This document shows positions 45,841 through 56,265 of a stretch of 64,000 bases of DNA, piece by piece. The stretch's first letter is position 1. Every line of letters begins with the position of its first letter. This DNA comes from Myxococcales bacterium (GTDB lineage Bacteria; Myxococcota_A; Polyangia; Polyangiales; DASUME01). The position numbers and the translations under genes were made by a program. The stretch spans positions 3,136,001 through 3,200,000 of the forward strand of contig JASGJH010000001.1 of NCBI GenBank assembly GCA_047601445.1, given 5' to 3'. The notes beneath the pieces are model-generated. The model searched no databases. It was given only the letters and a program-made list of their open reading frames with translations, and had not been told where the DNA came from.

Positions 45841-46365
45841 TCACAGCCGATAACTGAGCTGCACGAGCCCGCTCGGAAACGTGCGCGCCTGCTCCAGCCG
45901 CAGATCCTGCTCGCTATTACCTCCGCCGAACAGCGGGATCCCTGAGCCCAGCAGGACCGGGATGACGGACAACGTGAGTCTGTCCACGAGTCTCGCTGCG
46001 AGGAACTGACGGATCACGGCACCGCCGTCGACATACAGGTGGCGCGCGCCCTGCGCAGCGAGTTGCGACACCAGGTCCTCGACGGATCCGTCAAAGAACT
46101 CTTCGTTGTGCCTGGCGGTGAGCTCGCGCCGCGTCAGCACCAGACAGCGCTTGTCCCCGTACGGCCAACGCGGGAACCCGAGCGCCACACGATAGGTCTC
46201 GCTGCCAATCACCAGCGCGTCCACGCTGTCCGCAAAGGCGCCATAGCCATAATCCTCGCCCGGTCTCTCGACGCGGGCGAGCCAGTCGAGGGAGCCATCC
46301 TCGCGCGCGATGAAACCGTCGGCGCTGATGGCGATGAACACGGAACACTGCGGGCGTGTGGACAT
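45841..46365 (-). CDS. dihydrofolate reductase family (RibD C-terminal-like) protein
   Basis: Motifs FIAISADGFIAREDGSLDWL, YVDGG, IPVLLGSGIPLF, SGLVQLSY. Confidence 0.9.
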   Translation of the reverse strand: MSTRPQCSVFIAISADGFIAREDGSLDWLARVERPGEDYGYGAFADSVDALVIGSETYRVALGFPRWPYGDKRCLVLTRRELTARHNEEFFDGSVEDLVSQLAAQGARHLYVDGGAVIRQFLAARLVDRLTLSVIPVLLGSGIPLFGGGNSEQDLRLEQARTFPSGLVQLSYRL

Positions 46366-46496
46366 GGACTCCTGGCCGGGTCGGTCGCCGATCTTACCCG
46401 CTAGGTCACATTTTGGCCGCGCGCTGTCAGTGGCCGCCCGTTCTCGCCGTGGCCTCGCGTGGTAGCGTGGCAAACGCCCTCGGGCTCGAGCTCAGC

Positions 46497-48068
46497 ATGC
46501 CTATGCCTTCCGCTCATCGCGCGCGCCGACGCGCTCCCACGCTCGGCTTCGCGCTGGGTCTCGCAGCCTGCAGCCTCACGGCGTGCGAACACGCCAGGAG
46601 CGAGCGCCCCGACGCTGCGCTCGATGCCGCGGAGCCCATGGGAACGGGCGAGGACGCGGCCGGCATGCACACGGCGCACGACGCAACGCCCACGGCAGAC
46701 GCAGGCTCACCCGATGCCGACGCCAGCGCCGAGGAACCCATCCCGGAGCCCGACGCCTCGGTAGAGGTGGGAGCAACTTTCGCCGATCTCAATCCCGCCT
46801 ACCTCTTCGACCAGACCAAGGTGCGTACGTTCGAGCTCTATCTGAGCAAGGAAGACTTGGCCAAGCTCGACGCGGATCCGGCCGCCGAGGAATACGTGCC
46901 CGGTCGTATGGCCTTCGAGGGAGGTCTGCTGGAAGACGTGGGCATCCGCTACAAGGGCAGCACGGGCTCCTTCCTGTTCTGCGTCGCAGGCGGCTTCTTC
47001 CCGCCCTCGGGGCCGAAGACGTGCGTGAAGCTCGGCATGAAGATCAAGATCGACTACGTCGACGACGACGCGCGCTTCTACCGCCAGAAAAAGATCCAGT
47101 TCCACGCGCTGAACCTGGACGCCTCGCTGCTGCGGGAACGCTTCGGCTACGGGTTGTTCAACGCCATGGGGGTGCACGCGCCGCGCACGGCCCACGTGCG
47201 GATGGTCGTGAACGGCAAGTTCATCGGACTCTTCTTGCTGGTGGAGGTCATCGACAGCCCCTTCACGCGTGAGCGCTTCGTCGACGGCGGCGAAGGCAAT
47301 CTCTACAAGGAGGTTTGGCCCGTCACGCACGATGAAGCCCACTACCTCGCGGCGCTCGAGACCAACCGCAAGGACCAGCCCAGCGCGGCCAAGATGGTCG
47401 CGCTCGCGGATGCCCTCTCGACGGCCCGCGACCAGGATTTGCCGGCCCTCGTCGAGCACTGGATGGACCCGGACTACGTGGCGCGCTTCATTGCCATCGA
47501 TCGTGCCCTGCGCCACGACGACGGCCCTCACCACTGGTACTGCCAGGACGCCCAGAGTCCACCGCTCGGGGACTGGCACGCCCAGCGCTCCTATGCCGGC
47601 ATGAGCTGCGGCAACCACAACTACTTTTGGTACGAGAGCACGCAGGCGGAGCAGCTCTGGCCCATCCCCTGGGACCTCGACAACAGCCTGCTCGGCGGAG
47701 GCAACTTCACCAGCCTGCTATCCGACTGGGATGACCTCGGCGTGGACTGCACGGCGCTGCTGACCCCGTCGTTCGGGCCGCCCCAGATGCCCATCACTTG
47801 CGACGCCCTGCACCGTGGCCTCGCCCTCAGTCTGCCCTCCCGCGTGAGAGACGCCCTGGAAGCCCTGGCCGCGGGCCCTCTGTCGGAAGCCGAGCTCGAG
47901 GCCCGCTTCGCCCCCTGGCTCAGCCAGCTGGAGCCCCTGGTCGCCGAGGCGAACGCCGCAGGGCTCTCGGAGCCGCCTCTCGAAAGCTGGCAGAGCTCCG
48001 TCGCCGGACTGCGGCAGGCGATCTCGCTGCTGCGGGAGCAGGCCCTGGCCCACGCGCGCGGGGAATAG
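46497..48068 (+). CDS. CotH kinase family lipoprotein
   Basis: Lipobox LTAC and motifs VGIRYKG, DASLLRERF, APRTAHVRMVVNG...GLFLLVE, GNLYK, NHNYFWY, IPWDLD. Confidence 0.85.
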   Translation: MPMPSAHRARRRAPTLGFALGLAACSLTACEHARSERPDAALDAAEPMGTGEDAAGMHTAHDATPTADAGSPDADASAEEPIPEPDASVEVGATFADLNPAYLFDQTKVRTFELYLSKEDLAKLDADPAAEEYVPGRMAFEGGLLEDVGIRYKGSTGSFLFCVAGGFFPPSGPKTCVKLGMKIKIDYVDDDARFYRQKKIQFHALNLDASLLRERFGYGLFNAMGVHAPRTAHVRMVVNGKFIGLFLLVEVIDSPFTRERFVDGGEGNLYKEVWPVTHDEAHYLAALETNRKDQPSAAKMVALADALSTARDQDLPALVEHWMDPDYVARFIAIDRALRHDDGPHHWYCQDAQSPPLGDWHAQRSYAGMSCGNHNYFWYESTQAEQLWPIPWDLDNSLLGGGNFTSLLSDWDDLGVDCTALLTPSFGPPQMPITCDALHRGLALSLPSRVRDALEALAAGPLSEAELEARFAPWLSQLEPLVAEANAAGLSEPPLESWQSSVAGLRQAISLLREQALAHARGE

Positions 48069-48399
48069 AAACCCCGCGAGGCGCCGTACAAGCGGGTGAC
48101 CAGAGTCGACCTGAATGGGCCAATTCGTCCTGAGCGAGGGACGGTTTTGGGGCCAAGTTTTCTGGAATGTAACGAACTGTTCTCGGGGATTGCGTCAAAA
48201 AGCAACCGAGCTCACGCGACCCATCGATCAGTTCAGAAGCGGCATGTGGCCCTTCCACTTACACGTTGCATGGTGGCTTCGACCGAATGCTTCGCGGCGA
48301 TCGCGGAACTCCCCGATGGGGATGCTTCAGGTCGGCGAACGCTACGTGCGATTCCAGCCATTTCTCCCGTCATTTTCGCGGTTTCTGCACCCGGATTGC

Positions 48400-48415
48400 T
48401 GGCACGAACGCTGCA
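48400..48415 (+). promoter_or_regulatory. putative sigma-54 (-24/-12) promoter
   Basis: TGGCACG-AACG-CTGCA against consensus TGGCACG-N4-TTGCW, with exact GG-N10-GC spacing. Lies in a relatively AT-rich intergenic region upstream of the sigma factor gene. Confidence 0.6.
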
Positions 48416-48722
48416 TGTAAACGGGTGTCATACGATTCTGCATTTTCGATCTCCCCCAAACCTGGACGATTCGATATAAGCGTTTCCAGTCGTGGAGGTG
48501 AGAAGGGTGCCCACCTCCCAACACAACTTGTCGGGGAAGTAAAACGACCCCACTTAGGCGATTCAGGCACTCGGTACGACGCAGCGCGGCAAAGCCTGAC
48601 GGTGATCACTCAGGTGACTCTTCTTTGTGGCCCCGACGAGTTTCAGCGGGGACCACTGGTGGCAGCGGGAGCGGGGATAGGTCCCTGCCCCGAAAGCGGA
48701 TCCGAAGCAAAGGAGCGGCAGC

Positions 48723-50078
48723 ATGGATAAGCAATCGGACGCGACGAGCACGACAGCCGAATCGACCGGCGATGACGCGGCGGTAACGGCAGAGGAAAGC
48801 TTCGAGTCGTTCGAAGAGCCCACCGGGGCTCAGCTCGCAGAGGCACAGCGCGAAATGGAACGCGCCCTCCGCGACATGAAGAACAAGTCCGCCGGCGATT
48901 CCACGCTGAGCCGCTACTTCCGCGAGATGGCCTCCCACCCCGTGCTGACGCCCACCCAAGAGGTCGAGGCAGCCAAGGAAGTGGAGCGCCTCGAGATTGG
49001 CTACTGGGTGAGCCTGTTCTCCTACGCGCCCGCCTTCGAGACCGTCGCCGTGGTGCTCGAGAAGGTGATGGCCGAGGTGCCGGTGGAAGTGCCCGCCGAA
49101 GTGGCCGCCATGCGCAAGCTGGCCCGCACCGCGAACAAGCAGGGCAAGCTCCAGAAGAAGACCCAGGAGAAGTGGGACGAGCTCTCGAGCGAACTGTCCG
49201 CCAAGCTCCGCGTGCTCGACACCGACCGCATCTTCGTCGACCAGTCCGACCGCGCCGTGCACCGTTTGGCCGGCGAGTTCGCGGACGAGCTCGACGTGGT
49301 GTCCGACGACTCGGTGGAGATCACCAAGCAGCTCCGTGTCTACCTCACCGTGGTCGACCGTGCGCGCGTGGCCCAGCAGATGGGCAAGAACCGCTTCGTC
49401 ACCGCCAACCTGCGCCTCGTGGTGTCCATCGCCCGCCGCTACAACCGCGGCCGCCTGCCGCTCATCGACCTCATCCAGGAGGGCAACATCGGCTTGCTCA
49501 AGGCCGTGGAGCGCTTCGATCACACGCGCGGCTACCGCTTCAGCACCTACGCCTCGTGGTGGATTCGCCACTCCATCAACCGCGCGCTGGCCGACAAGGG
49601 CCGCGTGGTCCGCATCCCCGTGCACATGCTCGACACGTACAACCGCGTCGCGCGCGCCACGCAAGCCATCGCGGCGCGCACCGGCCACGAGCCCACGCCC
49701 GAGGAGATCGAGAAGGAGACCGGCGTCGCCGCCGACAAGCTCGAGAAGATCAAAGACTGTGGCGCGGCCACGCCCTTCTCCCTCGACCGCAACGTGAACG
49801 ACGAAGACGGCCGCCGCTTCATCGACTTCCTGGAGGACGAGGACATCCCGACGCCGCACGAAAAGCTCGAGAGCAAGCGCTGGAACGGCGAAGTGCGCCG
49901 CCTGCTCGAGACGCTCACGCCCATGGAGGCTCGCATCCTGCGCTGGCGCTTCGGCCTCGACGACCAGGACGAACTCACGCTCAAGCAGATCGGTGACAAG
50001 TACAACCTGTCGCGCGAGCGCATCCGCCAGCTCCAGGAGCAGGCGCTCGGCAAGATCCGCCGCCAAGTCCAGATGTGA
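48723..50078 (+). CDS. RpoD-family alternative (group 2-like) sigma-70 factor
   Basis: Region 1.2 LSRYFREM...LTPTQE; region 2 [42 protein letters not shown]; region 4 TLKQIG...SRERIRQ. No typical region 1.1. RBS AAAGGAG. Confidence 0.93.
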   Translation: MDKQSDATSTTAESTGDDAAVTAEESFESFEEPTGAQLAEAQREMERALRDMKNKSAGDSTLSRYFREMASHPVLTPTQEVEAAKEVERLEIGYWVSLFSYAPAFETVAVVLEKVMAEVPVEVPAEVAAMRKLARTANKQGKLQKKTQEKWDELSSELSAKLRVLDTDRIFVDQSDRAVHRLAGEFADELDVVSDDSVEITKQLRVYLTVVDRARVAQQMGKNRFVTANLRLVVSIARRYNRGRLPLIDLIQEGNIGLLKAVERFDHTRGYRFSTYASWWIRHSINRALADKGRVVRIPVHMLDTYNRVARATQAIAARTGHEPTPEEIEKETGVAADKLEKIKDCGAATPFSLDRNVNDEDGRRFIDFLEDEDIPTPHEKLESKRWNGEVRRLLETLTPMEARILRWRFGLDDQDELTLKQIGDKYNLSRERIRQLQEQALGKIRRQVQM

Positions 50079-50105
50079 TCCCCGGCTCGCCGCGAGCGAG
50101 CGCAC

Positions 50106-50144
50106 GAGGAGCCCGTCCCGTCAGGGATGGGCTCTTCGCGTTTT
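50106..50144 (+). terminator. intrinsic (possibly bidirectional) terminator
   Basis: GAGGAGCCCGTCCC-gtca-GGGATGGGCTCTTC then GCGTTTT, between convergent genes. Confidence 0.7.
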
Positions 50145-50195
50145 GAGGGCCCGATAGCCGGACGGAAGAGCGCGCTGCGAGTGCGCCGCTGGGCC

Positions 50196-52469
50196 TCAGT
50201 TGCGCTGCTTGTCGAAGTCGAAGAAGGCGCTGCGCTTCTGCCGCTTCGAACGCGGGATGCGGCGCACGTGCGGGTGGCCGTCACGGTCCACGAGCTTGAG
50301 CTTGAGCGGTCCGCGCGAGACCGGGATGTTGGCGAGCGGAGTGGTGCCGAGCACGCGGTGGCCGAGGTAGACCGTGGACCAGGGACGCGTGTTGATGGAG
50401 AGCAAGCCGTCGAGGGCGTTCGCGCGACCTTTGCGTGAGTCCGCTCCGTCTTCGGCGTCGGAGAGTCCTGCCTCCTGCGCCGCTTGCTCGTCGGGGCTCA
50501 CGCTGGGATCGCCCGCACTGGGATCCAATGGAGCGGGGGCCAGCGGGTTGCCCACCACGACGACCTCGGGGCGCTCGGGGCCGGCCTGCTCGACGGGCAC
50601 GCGGGGTCCTTCGTCGGGTCCCACGGCGCCCGCTGTGGTTTCGCCGGGCTGCGAAGGATGCGAGGCGCTCGCCTGGACGGTGGCGCTCACCGGGGCCGAC
50701 TCGGAGCTCTTGGCGACCTCGCGCGAATCGAAGCGGGCGCGCAGTGAATTGTAGCCGAGAACACCGACGGCTGCGCCGAGGGCCACGGCCAGCGTGGCGA
50801 TGGCGATGCGACGACGCCGGCCGAGCGACACGTGCATCGACTCGGTGCGCGTGGTGCGACGGTCGTCCGCGGGTGGGATCTCCATGGCCCCGGAAAGGCC
50901 TTTCACGGGCCGCGTGGGCGCATCCGAGAACGCATTCGGGCCGCGCCGGACCCGCGAGCTCTCATACTTGATGTCCGAGAACGAATCGTGGACATCGAGC
51001 GGATCGATGGAGTCGTCAGCGTAGCCAGACACCGTGTCGACGTCGGTGCCCTCGTGAAGTCGAAGGCGCCCGTCGGCCGTCCCTTCGAGACCTGACAGGG
51101 ACGAGGCCTCGCGGGAGGGCGGGCGCGAAGGAGTGGCGACAGGCTCGCTCGGCGCGGGCCGAAGAGCGCCTTGCCGGGGTGCTTCACGACCCGTCTGCGC
51201 AGGCATGGCCGGTGGCGCGGGCAGGGGGGCGTTGCCCAGGAGCCGGGGCAGGAGCGGTCGATCGTCCTGCAGAGGACTCATGTCCGTCTGCATGTCACGC
51301 AGCGCGAGCGGCACGGGCGGCAGCATGGGAGGACACGCGAGCTGTGCCCCGCGCATGGCACGCTCGAGCATGGGCCCGAGGGAGACCTCGGAAGGAAAGA
51401 GCCGGCGCGCGTAGTCGGCGATGCGCGCCGAGCTCACGGGAATGGCGTGCTCGCTCACGAAATGCAGGAGTGCGTCGCTCATCTCGAGCGCGCTCTGGAA
51501 GCGATCGGCAGGATCCTTGGCCAGCGCGCGATCGACGATTTCCGAGAGCGCCTCGGGGATACCCTCCACCACGTCGCTGATGCGCGGCATGGGTTCGTCG
51601 ACGATGGCGCGCATCACCTCGCCCTGGGTCTCGCGGCGGAACGCCATCTGGCCCGTGAGCACCTCGAACAGACAGGCACCCAGCGCGAAGATGTCGGTTC
51701 GCGCGTCGAGGGTCTCGCTGCGCCACTGCTCGGGCGCCATGTAACAGACCTTACCCTTGACGATGCCGCTCTCGGTCTGGTGCGTGTTGGCGGTGGACTT
51801 GGCGATGCCGAAGTCGAGCAGCTTCACGCGGCCGTCGTAGGCCACCATCAGGTTGTGGGGGCTGACGTCGCGGTGCACCAAGCACAGCGGCTTGCCGTCG
51901 GCATCGCGCGCGGTGTGGGCGTGGTGCAGCGCCTCGGCGCACTGCGCGAGGATCTTGGCGACCACTGCGTAGTCGTGATCGCGGCGATCGCAGGCCCGGC
52001 GGATCAACTGGTGGAGGGTCACTCCGTTGACCCACTCCATGGCGATGAACCAGGTTCCATCCTGCTCACCGACCTCGTAGATCTGGCACAGATTGGGGTG
52101 AGAAAGGCCCATCACCACGCGCGCCTCTGCCAAGAACATGCGCAGCATTTCGTCGCTGCTCGTGTTCTCGGGCAGCATGCGCTTCACCACCAGATGGCGC
52201 AGCGTGCCGGCAAACGAGCGTTCGCGGGCGAGCAGAATCTCTGCCATGCCGCCACGGCCGATGCGCCCCAGGATCTCGAAGCGACCATAGCGCTCGATGG
52301 CCGTGAGGTAGGCGTTGGGGCGCCAGCTGTGGATCGCCGGGGTGAGGCCGGAGCCGCCCGGCGAGCCGGGGCTCGGGCGCACCGCGAGGCCCGAGATCTG
52401 CGGCTCCGTGGGAGCACGCGCGAACGGATCTCCGGCAGGCACCACGGACGACGGAACGAGATCCGACAT
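50196..52469 (-). CDS. Ser/Thr protein kinase with TM and C-terminal PEGA-like domain
   Basis: Motifs [46 protein letters not shown]-terminal [13 protein letters not shown]...GTTPL. Start uncertain (alternatives 52568 or 52589). Confidence 0.9.
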   Translation of the reverse strand: MSDLVPSSVVPAGDPFARAPTEPQISGLAVRPSPGSPGGSGLTPAIHSWRPNAYLTAIERYGRFEILGRIGRGGMAEILLARERSFAGTLRHLVVKRMLPENTSSDEMLRMFLAEARVVMGLSHPNLCQIYEVGEQDGTWFIAMEWVNGVTLHQLIRRACDRRDHDYAVVAKILAQCAEALHHAHTARDADGKPLCLVHRDVSPHNLMVAYDGRVKLLDFGIAKSTANTHQTESGIVKGKVCYMAPEQWRSETLDARTDIFALGACLFEVLTGQMAFRRETQGEVMRAIVDEPMPRISDVVEGIPEALSEIVDRALAKDPADRFQSALEMSDALLHFVSEHAIPVSSARIADYARRLFPSEVSLGPMLERAMRGAQLACPPMLPPVPLALRDMQTDMSPLQDDRPLLPRLLGNAPLPAPPAMPAQTGREAPRQGALRPAPSEPVATPSRPPSREASSLSGLEGTADGRLRLHEGTDVDTVSGYADDSIDPLDVHDSFSDIKYESSRVRRGPNAFSDAPTRPVKGLSGAMEIPPADDRRTTRTESMHVSLGRRRRIAIATLAVALGAAVGVLGYNSLRARFDSREVAKSSESAPVSATVQASASHPSQPGETTAGAVGPDEGPRVPVEQAGPERPEVVVVGNPLAPAPLDPSAGDPSVSPDEQAAQEAGLSDAEDGADSRKGRANALDGLLSINTRPWSTVYLGHRVLGTTPLANIPVSRGPLKLKLVDRDGHPHVRRIPRSKRQKRSAFFDFDKQRN

Positions 52470-52605
52470 CGTGGGCTGGAGGAGATGCTCGCTATGCTGC
52501 GACGGGTGCTTCACGGGCTCCTTGAATCGTACGGCAGTGTTCCTCGGCGCGGGAAGAGCCGCATTCATCGTATGATGTGCCTCCGTCATCCTAAAACGGT
52601 TCGCA

Positions 52606-53457
52606 ATGCGATGCGCTAGTTCATTCAGTAAGCCAGCCGTGTACGCATGGGTCGCTTTTCTGGTGCTCTGTGCGGCAGGTGCGCCCTCACGCACCGTGCA
52701 AGCGCAGTTGCGAGAGCATCCGGAGGTCGCCCTGACCGACGCCAGAGCGGCGCTGGAAAAGGCGCGCTTCGACGTGGCCAAGCAGCGCGCGCAGCGGCTC
52801 CTCGAGCGCAGCGACCTGGACGCTCGCACGCGCAACGCCGCGCTCGAGTTGTCGGCCATCATCGACACCGCCGCCCGCCGCGAGCGTGCCGCCCAGGCCA
52901 CCCTGGCCGAGCTCTACGCGCGCGACCCGCTCCATCCACGCCGCGTATACGATCCGGGTCCCGCCGTGGAGACGGCCTTCGCCAAGGCGCATGCGCGCAC
53001 GCAGGGCCCGGTGCAGGTGGCGTTCAGCGCGCTGACGCGCCGCCAAGACGACGGCACGTTGCTACTGCAGCTGCGCATCTATCGCGGAGCCAACGCGGTG
53101 GAGAGCATGCACGTGCGCCTGTGGTTGCCCGGCGAGAACGCAGACCCCGTGGAGGTCAGCGCCGTGCTCGGCTTGCGTGAACAGCTTTCGCTGACGCTGC
53201 CCACGCCGCTCTCCTATACGGGCCCCTTGCCAGTCGTGATGGAAGCGCGTTCTCCGGGCGGCTACGTGCTCGGACACATCGGCAGCCTCGAAACGCCCGC
53301 ACAGCTAGCGATTCCACCGGGCCCGCCCAGCGAGCCGGTGATTCCGGCGTGTCCCGCGCCCGAGCGTAGGCCGCTCAGGCGCGAGTGGTGGCTCTGGACC
53401 TCCGTGGGCGTAGTGGTCACCGGACTCGCGTTCAGCGCTGGCTACCTCGCGCAATGA
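52606..53457 (+). CDS. hypothetical exported protein with TPR-like N-terminus and C-terminal membrane anchor
   Basis: Signal-like N-terminus and C-terminal [19 protein letters not shown]. Confidence 0.6.
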   Translation: MRCASSFSKPAVYAWVAFLVLCAAGAPSRTVQAQLREHPEVALTDARAALEKARFDVAKQRAQRLLERSDLDARTRNAALELSAIIDTAARRERAAQATLAELYARDPLHPRRVYDPGPAVETAFAKAHARTQGPVQVAFSALTRRQDDGTLLLQLRIYRGANAVESMHVRLWLPGENADPVEVSAVLGLREQLSLTLPTPLSYTGPLPVVMEARSPGGYVLGHIGSLETPAQLAIPPGPPSEPVIPACPAPERRPLRREWWLWTSVGVVVTGLAFSAGYLAQ

Positions 53458-53491
53458 TCGGCCGGCGGCCATGCTTGGGGCTGGAGGACCC

Positions 53492-53782
53492 ATGCCCATT
53501 GCCAAGCTGCGAGACGAAGAAGTTCAGGCGCGCCTTTCCGCGTTGTCGGGCTGGCAACTGGTCGAGGGCAAGCTGTTCCGCGAGTACCGCTTCAAGGACT
53601 TCGTGGGGGCCTTTGGCTTCATGAGCCGCTGTGCGTTGGTGGCCGAGCGCATGGATCACCACCCCGAATGGAGCAACGTCTACAACCGTGTCGACGTGTT
53701 CCTGACGACCCATGATTGCCAGGGCCTGAGTGAGCGCGACTTCGCGCTTGCACAACGCATGAACGAGCTCTACCAAGCCTGA
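53492..53782 (+). CDS. phhB: pterin-4a-carbinolamine dehydratase
   Basis: Motifs [33 protein letters not shown]...GLSERD. Confidence 0.95.
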   Translation: MPIAKLRDEEVQARLSALSGWQLVEGKLFREYRFKDFVGAFGFMSRCALVAERMDHHPEWSNVYNRVDVFLTTHDCQGLSERDFALAQRMNELYQA

Positions 53783-53785
53783 TTC

Positions 53786-54832
53786 ATGCCGCGCCGGATC
53801 CAGCATCGCTATCGCGACCCACTCGAGCTGGTCTGGCTGCAATGCGCGCGCGAGCTGGGCATCGAGGTAGTGCGCTCGAACGAGGTCTATGCGTCGTTCG
53901 ACGGGAAGCGCACGCTCACGCTCAGCTCGGCCGAGCACTTCGACGCCGACGACAGCCTGGCGCAGCTGATCTTCCATGAGCTGTGTCACGCGCTGGTGGC
54001 GGGAGAGCGCGGACGAGGACGCGCGGACTGGGGCATGGAGAACGTCGACGAGCGGGACGTCCTGCAAGAGCACGCATGTCACCGGCTGCAGGCGGCGCTG
54101 GCGGGACGCCACGGGCTGCGCGAGTTCTTTGCCGTGACCACCGACTGGCGCAGTTACTGGGACGCGCTCCCTCTGGACCCGCTGGCGCCCGGAGCCGACC
54201 CGGCGATCCCGCTCGCGCGCGAGGCCTACGTGCGCGCGCGGCGCGGGCCTTGGGCAGCGGCCATCGAGCAGGCCCTCGCGCGCACGCGCGAGGTGGCGGA
54301 GCTGGTGCGGGGGCTCGGAACAGGCCTCGAAAGCGACAGCCTGTGGCTGCGTACGCGCGCGCTGCACGCGAGTGGGTTCGCGCTGGGCGACCGCCCCGAG
54401 CAGCGCTGCGGGGACTGTGCCTTCGGCTTCGAGCAAGGCGGCGTGCTGCGCTGTCGCAAGAGCGCGATCGAGCCGCCTCGCAAACACGCCCGCGTGTCGG
54501 CGGACGCCCAGGCCTGCGAGCGCTTCGAAGCGCGCTTCGACGAGAACACCTGCGGCGAGTGCGGCGCGTGCTGCCGTGAAGGGTTCGATCGCGTCGACGT
54601 GCGGGCGCGGGACCTGGTGCGCAAACGCCACCCCGAGCTCGTCAAGGTCGACGGCTTCGGCGCGCATTTGCCGCGTCCCGGCGGGCGCTGCGTGGCGCTC
54701 ACGGGCGGCGAGCAGGCGAACAGCCCCTATCGCTGCCGGGTCTACGCCGAACGCCCGAGCGCCTGCGCGGACTTCGCCATGGGCGGGGACGCCTGTCTGA
54801 CCGCGCGGCGTCGGGTGGGACTCAGCGCTTGA
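53786..54832 (+). CDS. fusion of an HExxH (EpmC/YfcM-like) domain and a YkgJ-type CxxCxxCC cysteine-cluster domain
   Basis: FHELCHALVAG...ADWG; CGDC; CGECGACCR...RCVAL...CRVYAERPSACADF. Confidence 0.75.
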   Translation: MPRRIQHRYRDPLELVWLQCARELGIEVVRSNEVYASFDGKRTLTLSSAEHFDADDSLAQLIFHELCHALVAGERGRGRADWGMENVDERDVLQEHACHRLQAALAGRHGLREFFAVTTDWRSYWDALPLDPLAPGADPAIPLAREAYVRARRGPWAAAIEQALARTREVAELVRGLGTGLESDSLWLRTRALHASGFALGDRPEQRCGDCAFGFEQGGVLRCRKSAIEPPRKHARVSADAQACERFEARFDENTCGECGACCREGFDRVDVRARDLVRKRHPELVKVDGFGAHLPRPGGRCVALTGGEQANSPYRCRVYAERPSACADFAMGGDACLTARRRVGLSA

Positions 54833-56150
54833 GTGCAGCGCTCGGTGCAGCCCGCGGGAACAACCGAATCCAGCACGCGCCCGCGAAGGCCGCCATGAAC
54901 GGCACGAACGGCGCGTGGTAGCGATCGCCGCCGATGTACACGAAGTGGAGCGCGAGCATGGCCACGATGGGCGTGCACAGCAGCCAGAACAACAGGCGCT
55001 GGCGCAACGCGCTGGCCGCCGCTGCAGCCAGGCCCACACCGAATAGGCACAGGAGCCCGAGCCAATACGCGCGACAGGCCGCCAAGCACAGGAGCAGCAC
55101 GCGCTCGCTGCGAGCCCCCGGCGGCAGACCACCCGCGAGCACCTGCGCAGGTGCCGAATCGTGCCCCAACGTGGCCGAGACCTTGAGCACGCCGCGCGCC
55201 AGCCATGCCACGGGATCCCGGCGGATGCGAGCGAGCGCGCGGTCACGGCGACAGCGGTCGACCTTGACCTCGGGCATGCCGTGCGGACAATCGTAACGCG
55301 GATCGAGCGAGCCATAGCCGCCCTCCCCCACGGTCCCGAGCAGCAAGTTCAAGCCACCGTTGGTGGAGACCATCACCGGGGCATGCAGCGTGTTCTGATT
55401 GCGCACCATCCAGGGCGTGAGCGGAAGGATCGAGCACGCGAGGGCCAACGCCCCGAGGCGCGCCGCGTGCCACAGTCGCTCGGACACGCGCTCCGCCCGC
55501 GTCCAGCCGACCAGGAAGCCGAGCAAGGGCGTGATCACCAGCGAGGTGGGGCGCACGTAGGCGGCGAGACCGAGCCAAAACGCAGCCCAAAACAACATGC
55601 GCGTGCGGTTCCTGCGCCGTGCGTACACCAGGGGAATCAAGGCGACACACAAGAGGACGCCGAACAAAGGCTCGGTGAACCAGGACGCCGCGAGCACCAC
55701 GCCGCCGGGCCAGAGGGCGACCAACCAGGCTGCGACACGCCCGGCGCGCGCGCCTCCCAGGCGGCGTCCGAGATACCAGGCGGCGGGCACCAGCAAGCTG
55801 CAACACAGCACCTGGAACCATGGGTCGAGACGTCGATCGCCCGCCGTTCGGTGCAGCACCGAGAGCACGGCCGCGTAGCCAGGAGGAAAGAACGCAGTGG
55901 CCTTGGCAGGCGCGCTGGGATCGAGGATGCGCTGGGTATATCCCTCTCCGTGCGCGAGCTGTTCGGCGGCGCGCTCGTAGATGACGCCGTCCCAACTCGG
56001 CACAGCCGAAAGGGCCACCACGAACAGCGCGCGCAGCAGGCAAGCCACCAGCGTGATGCGCACCACGTGGGGAAGGCCCGTGAGGCTCAGGCGCGCGCCT
56101 CGAGCGTGGGACGAGAGCAGTTCGCGTTCTGCCTGTGTCACGTCCCTCAC
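54822..56150 (-). CDS. GT-C (ArnT/PMT-like) membrane glycosyltransferase
   Basis: Multi-TM protein with WDGVIY, PPGY, FTEPLF, YVRP, PWMVRN, STNGGLNL, DRYHAP. Confidence 0.8.
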   Translation of the reverse strand: MRDVTQAERELLSSHARGARLSLTGLPHVVRITLVACLLRALFVVALSAVPSWDGVIYERAAEQLAHGEGYTQRILDPSAPAKATAFFPPGYAAVLSVLHRTAGDRRLDPWFQVLCCSLLVPAAWYLGRRLGGARAGRVAAWLVALWPGGVVLAASWFTEPLFGVLLCVALIPLVYARRRNRTRMLFWAAFWLGLAAYVRPTSLVITPLLGFLVGWTRAERVSERLWHAARLGALALACSILPLTPWMVRNQNTLHAPVMVSTNGGLNLLLGTVGEGGYGSLDPRYDCPHGMPEVKVDRCRRDRALARIRRDPVAWLARGVLKVSATLGHDSAPAQVLAGGLPPGARSERVLLLCLAACRAYWLGLLCLFGVGLAAAAASALRQRLLFWLLCTPIVAMLALHFVYIGGDRYHAPFVPFMAAFAGACWIRLFPRAAPSAALKR

Positions 56151-56265
56151 TTACCGCACAAGAGCGCCCGCGGGTACCTTGCGCAGGCCATTTCACAGGA
56201 AGTTTGACGGGCTGATACGTCCGCGTGCGGGAGCTGTCGCGAGTCCTTTTTAGGGTACGAGCCCG

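Noticed and set aside
48069..48722. tRNA, tmRNA, RNase P or SRP RNA in the long intergenic region
   Set aside because: I could not recognise a cloverleaf or T-loop, an RNase P GAGGAAAGTCC motif, or other hallmark motifs.
48723..50078. Primary sigma factor rpoD/sigA
   Set aside because: No region 1.1, [14 protein letters not shown] rather than the primary-type KFSTYATWWIRQAI, and no dnaG context.
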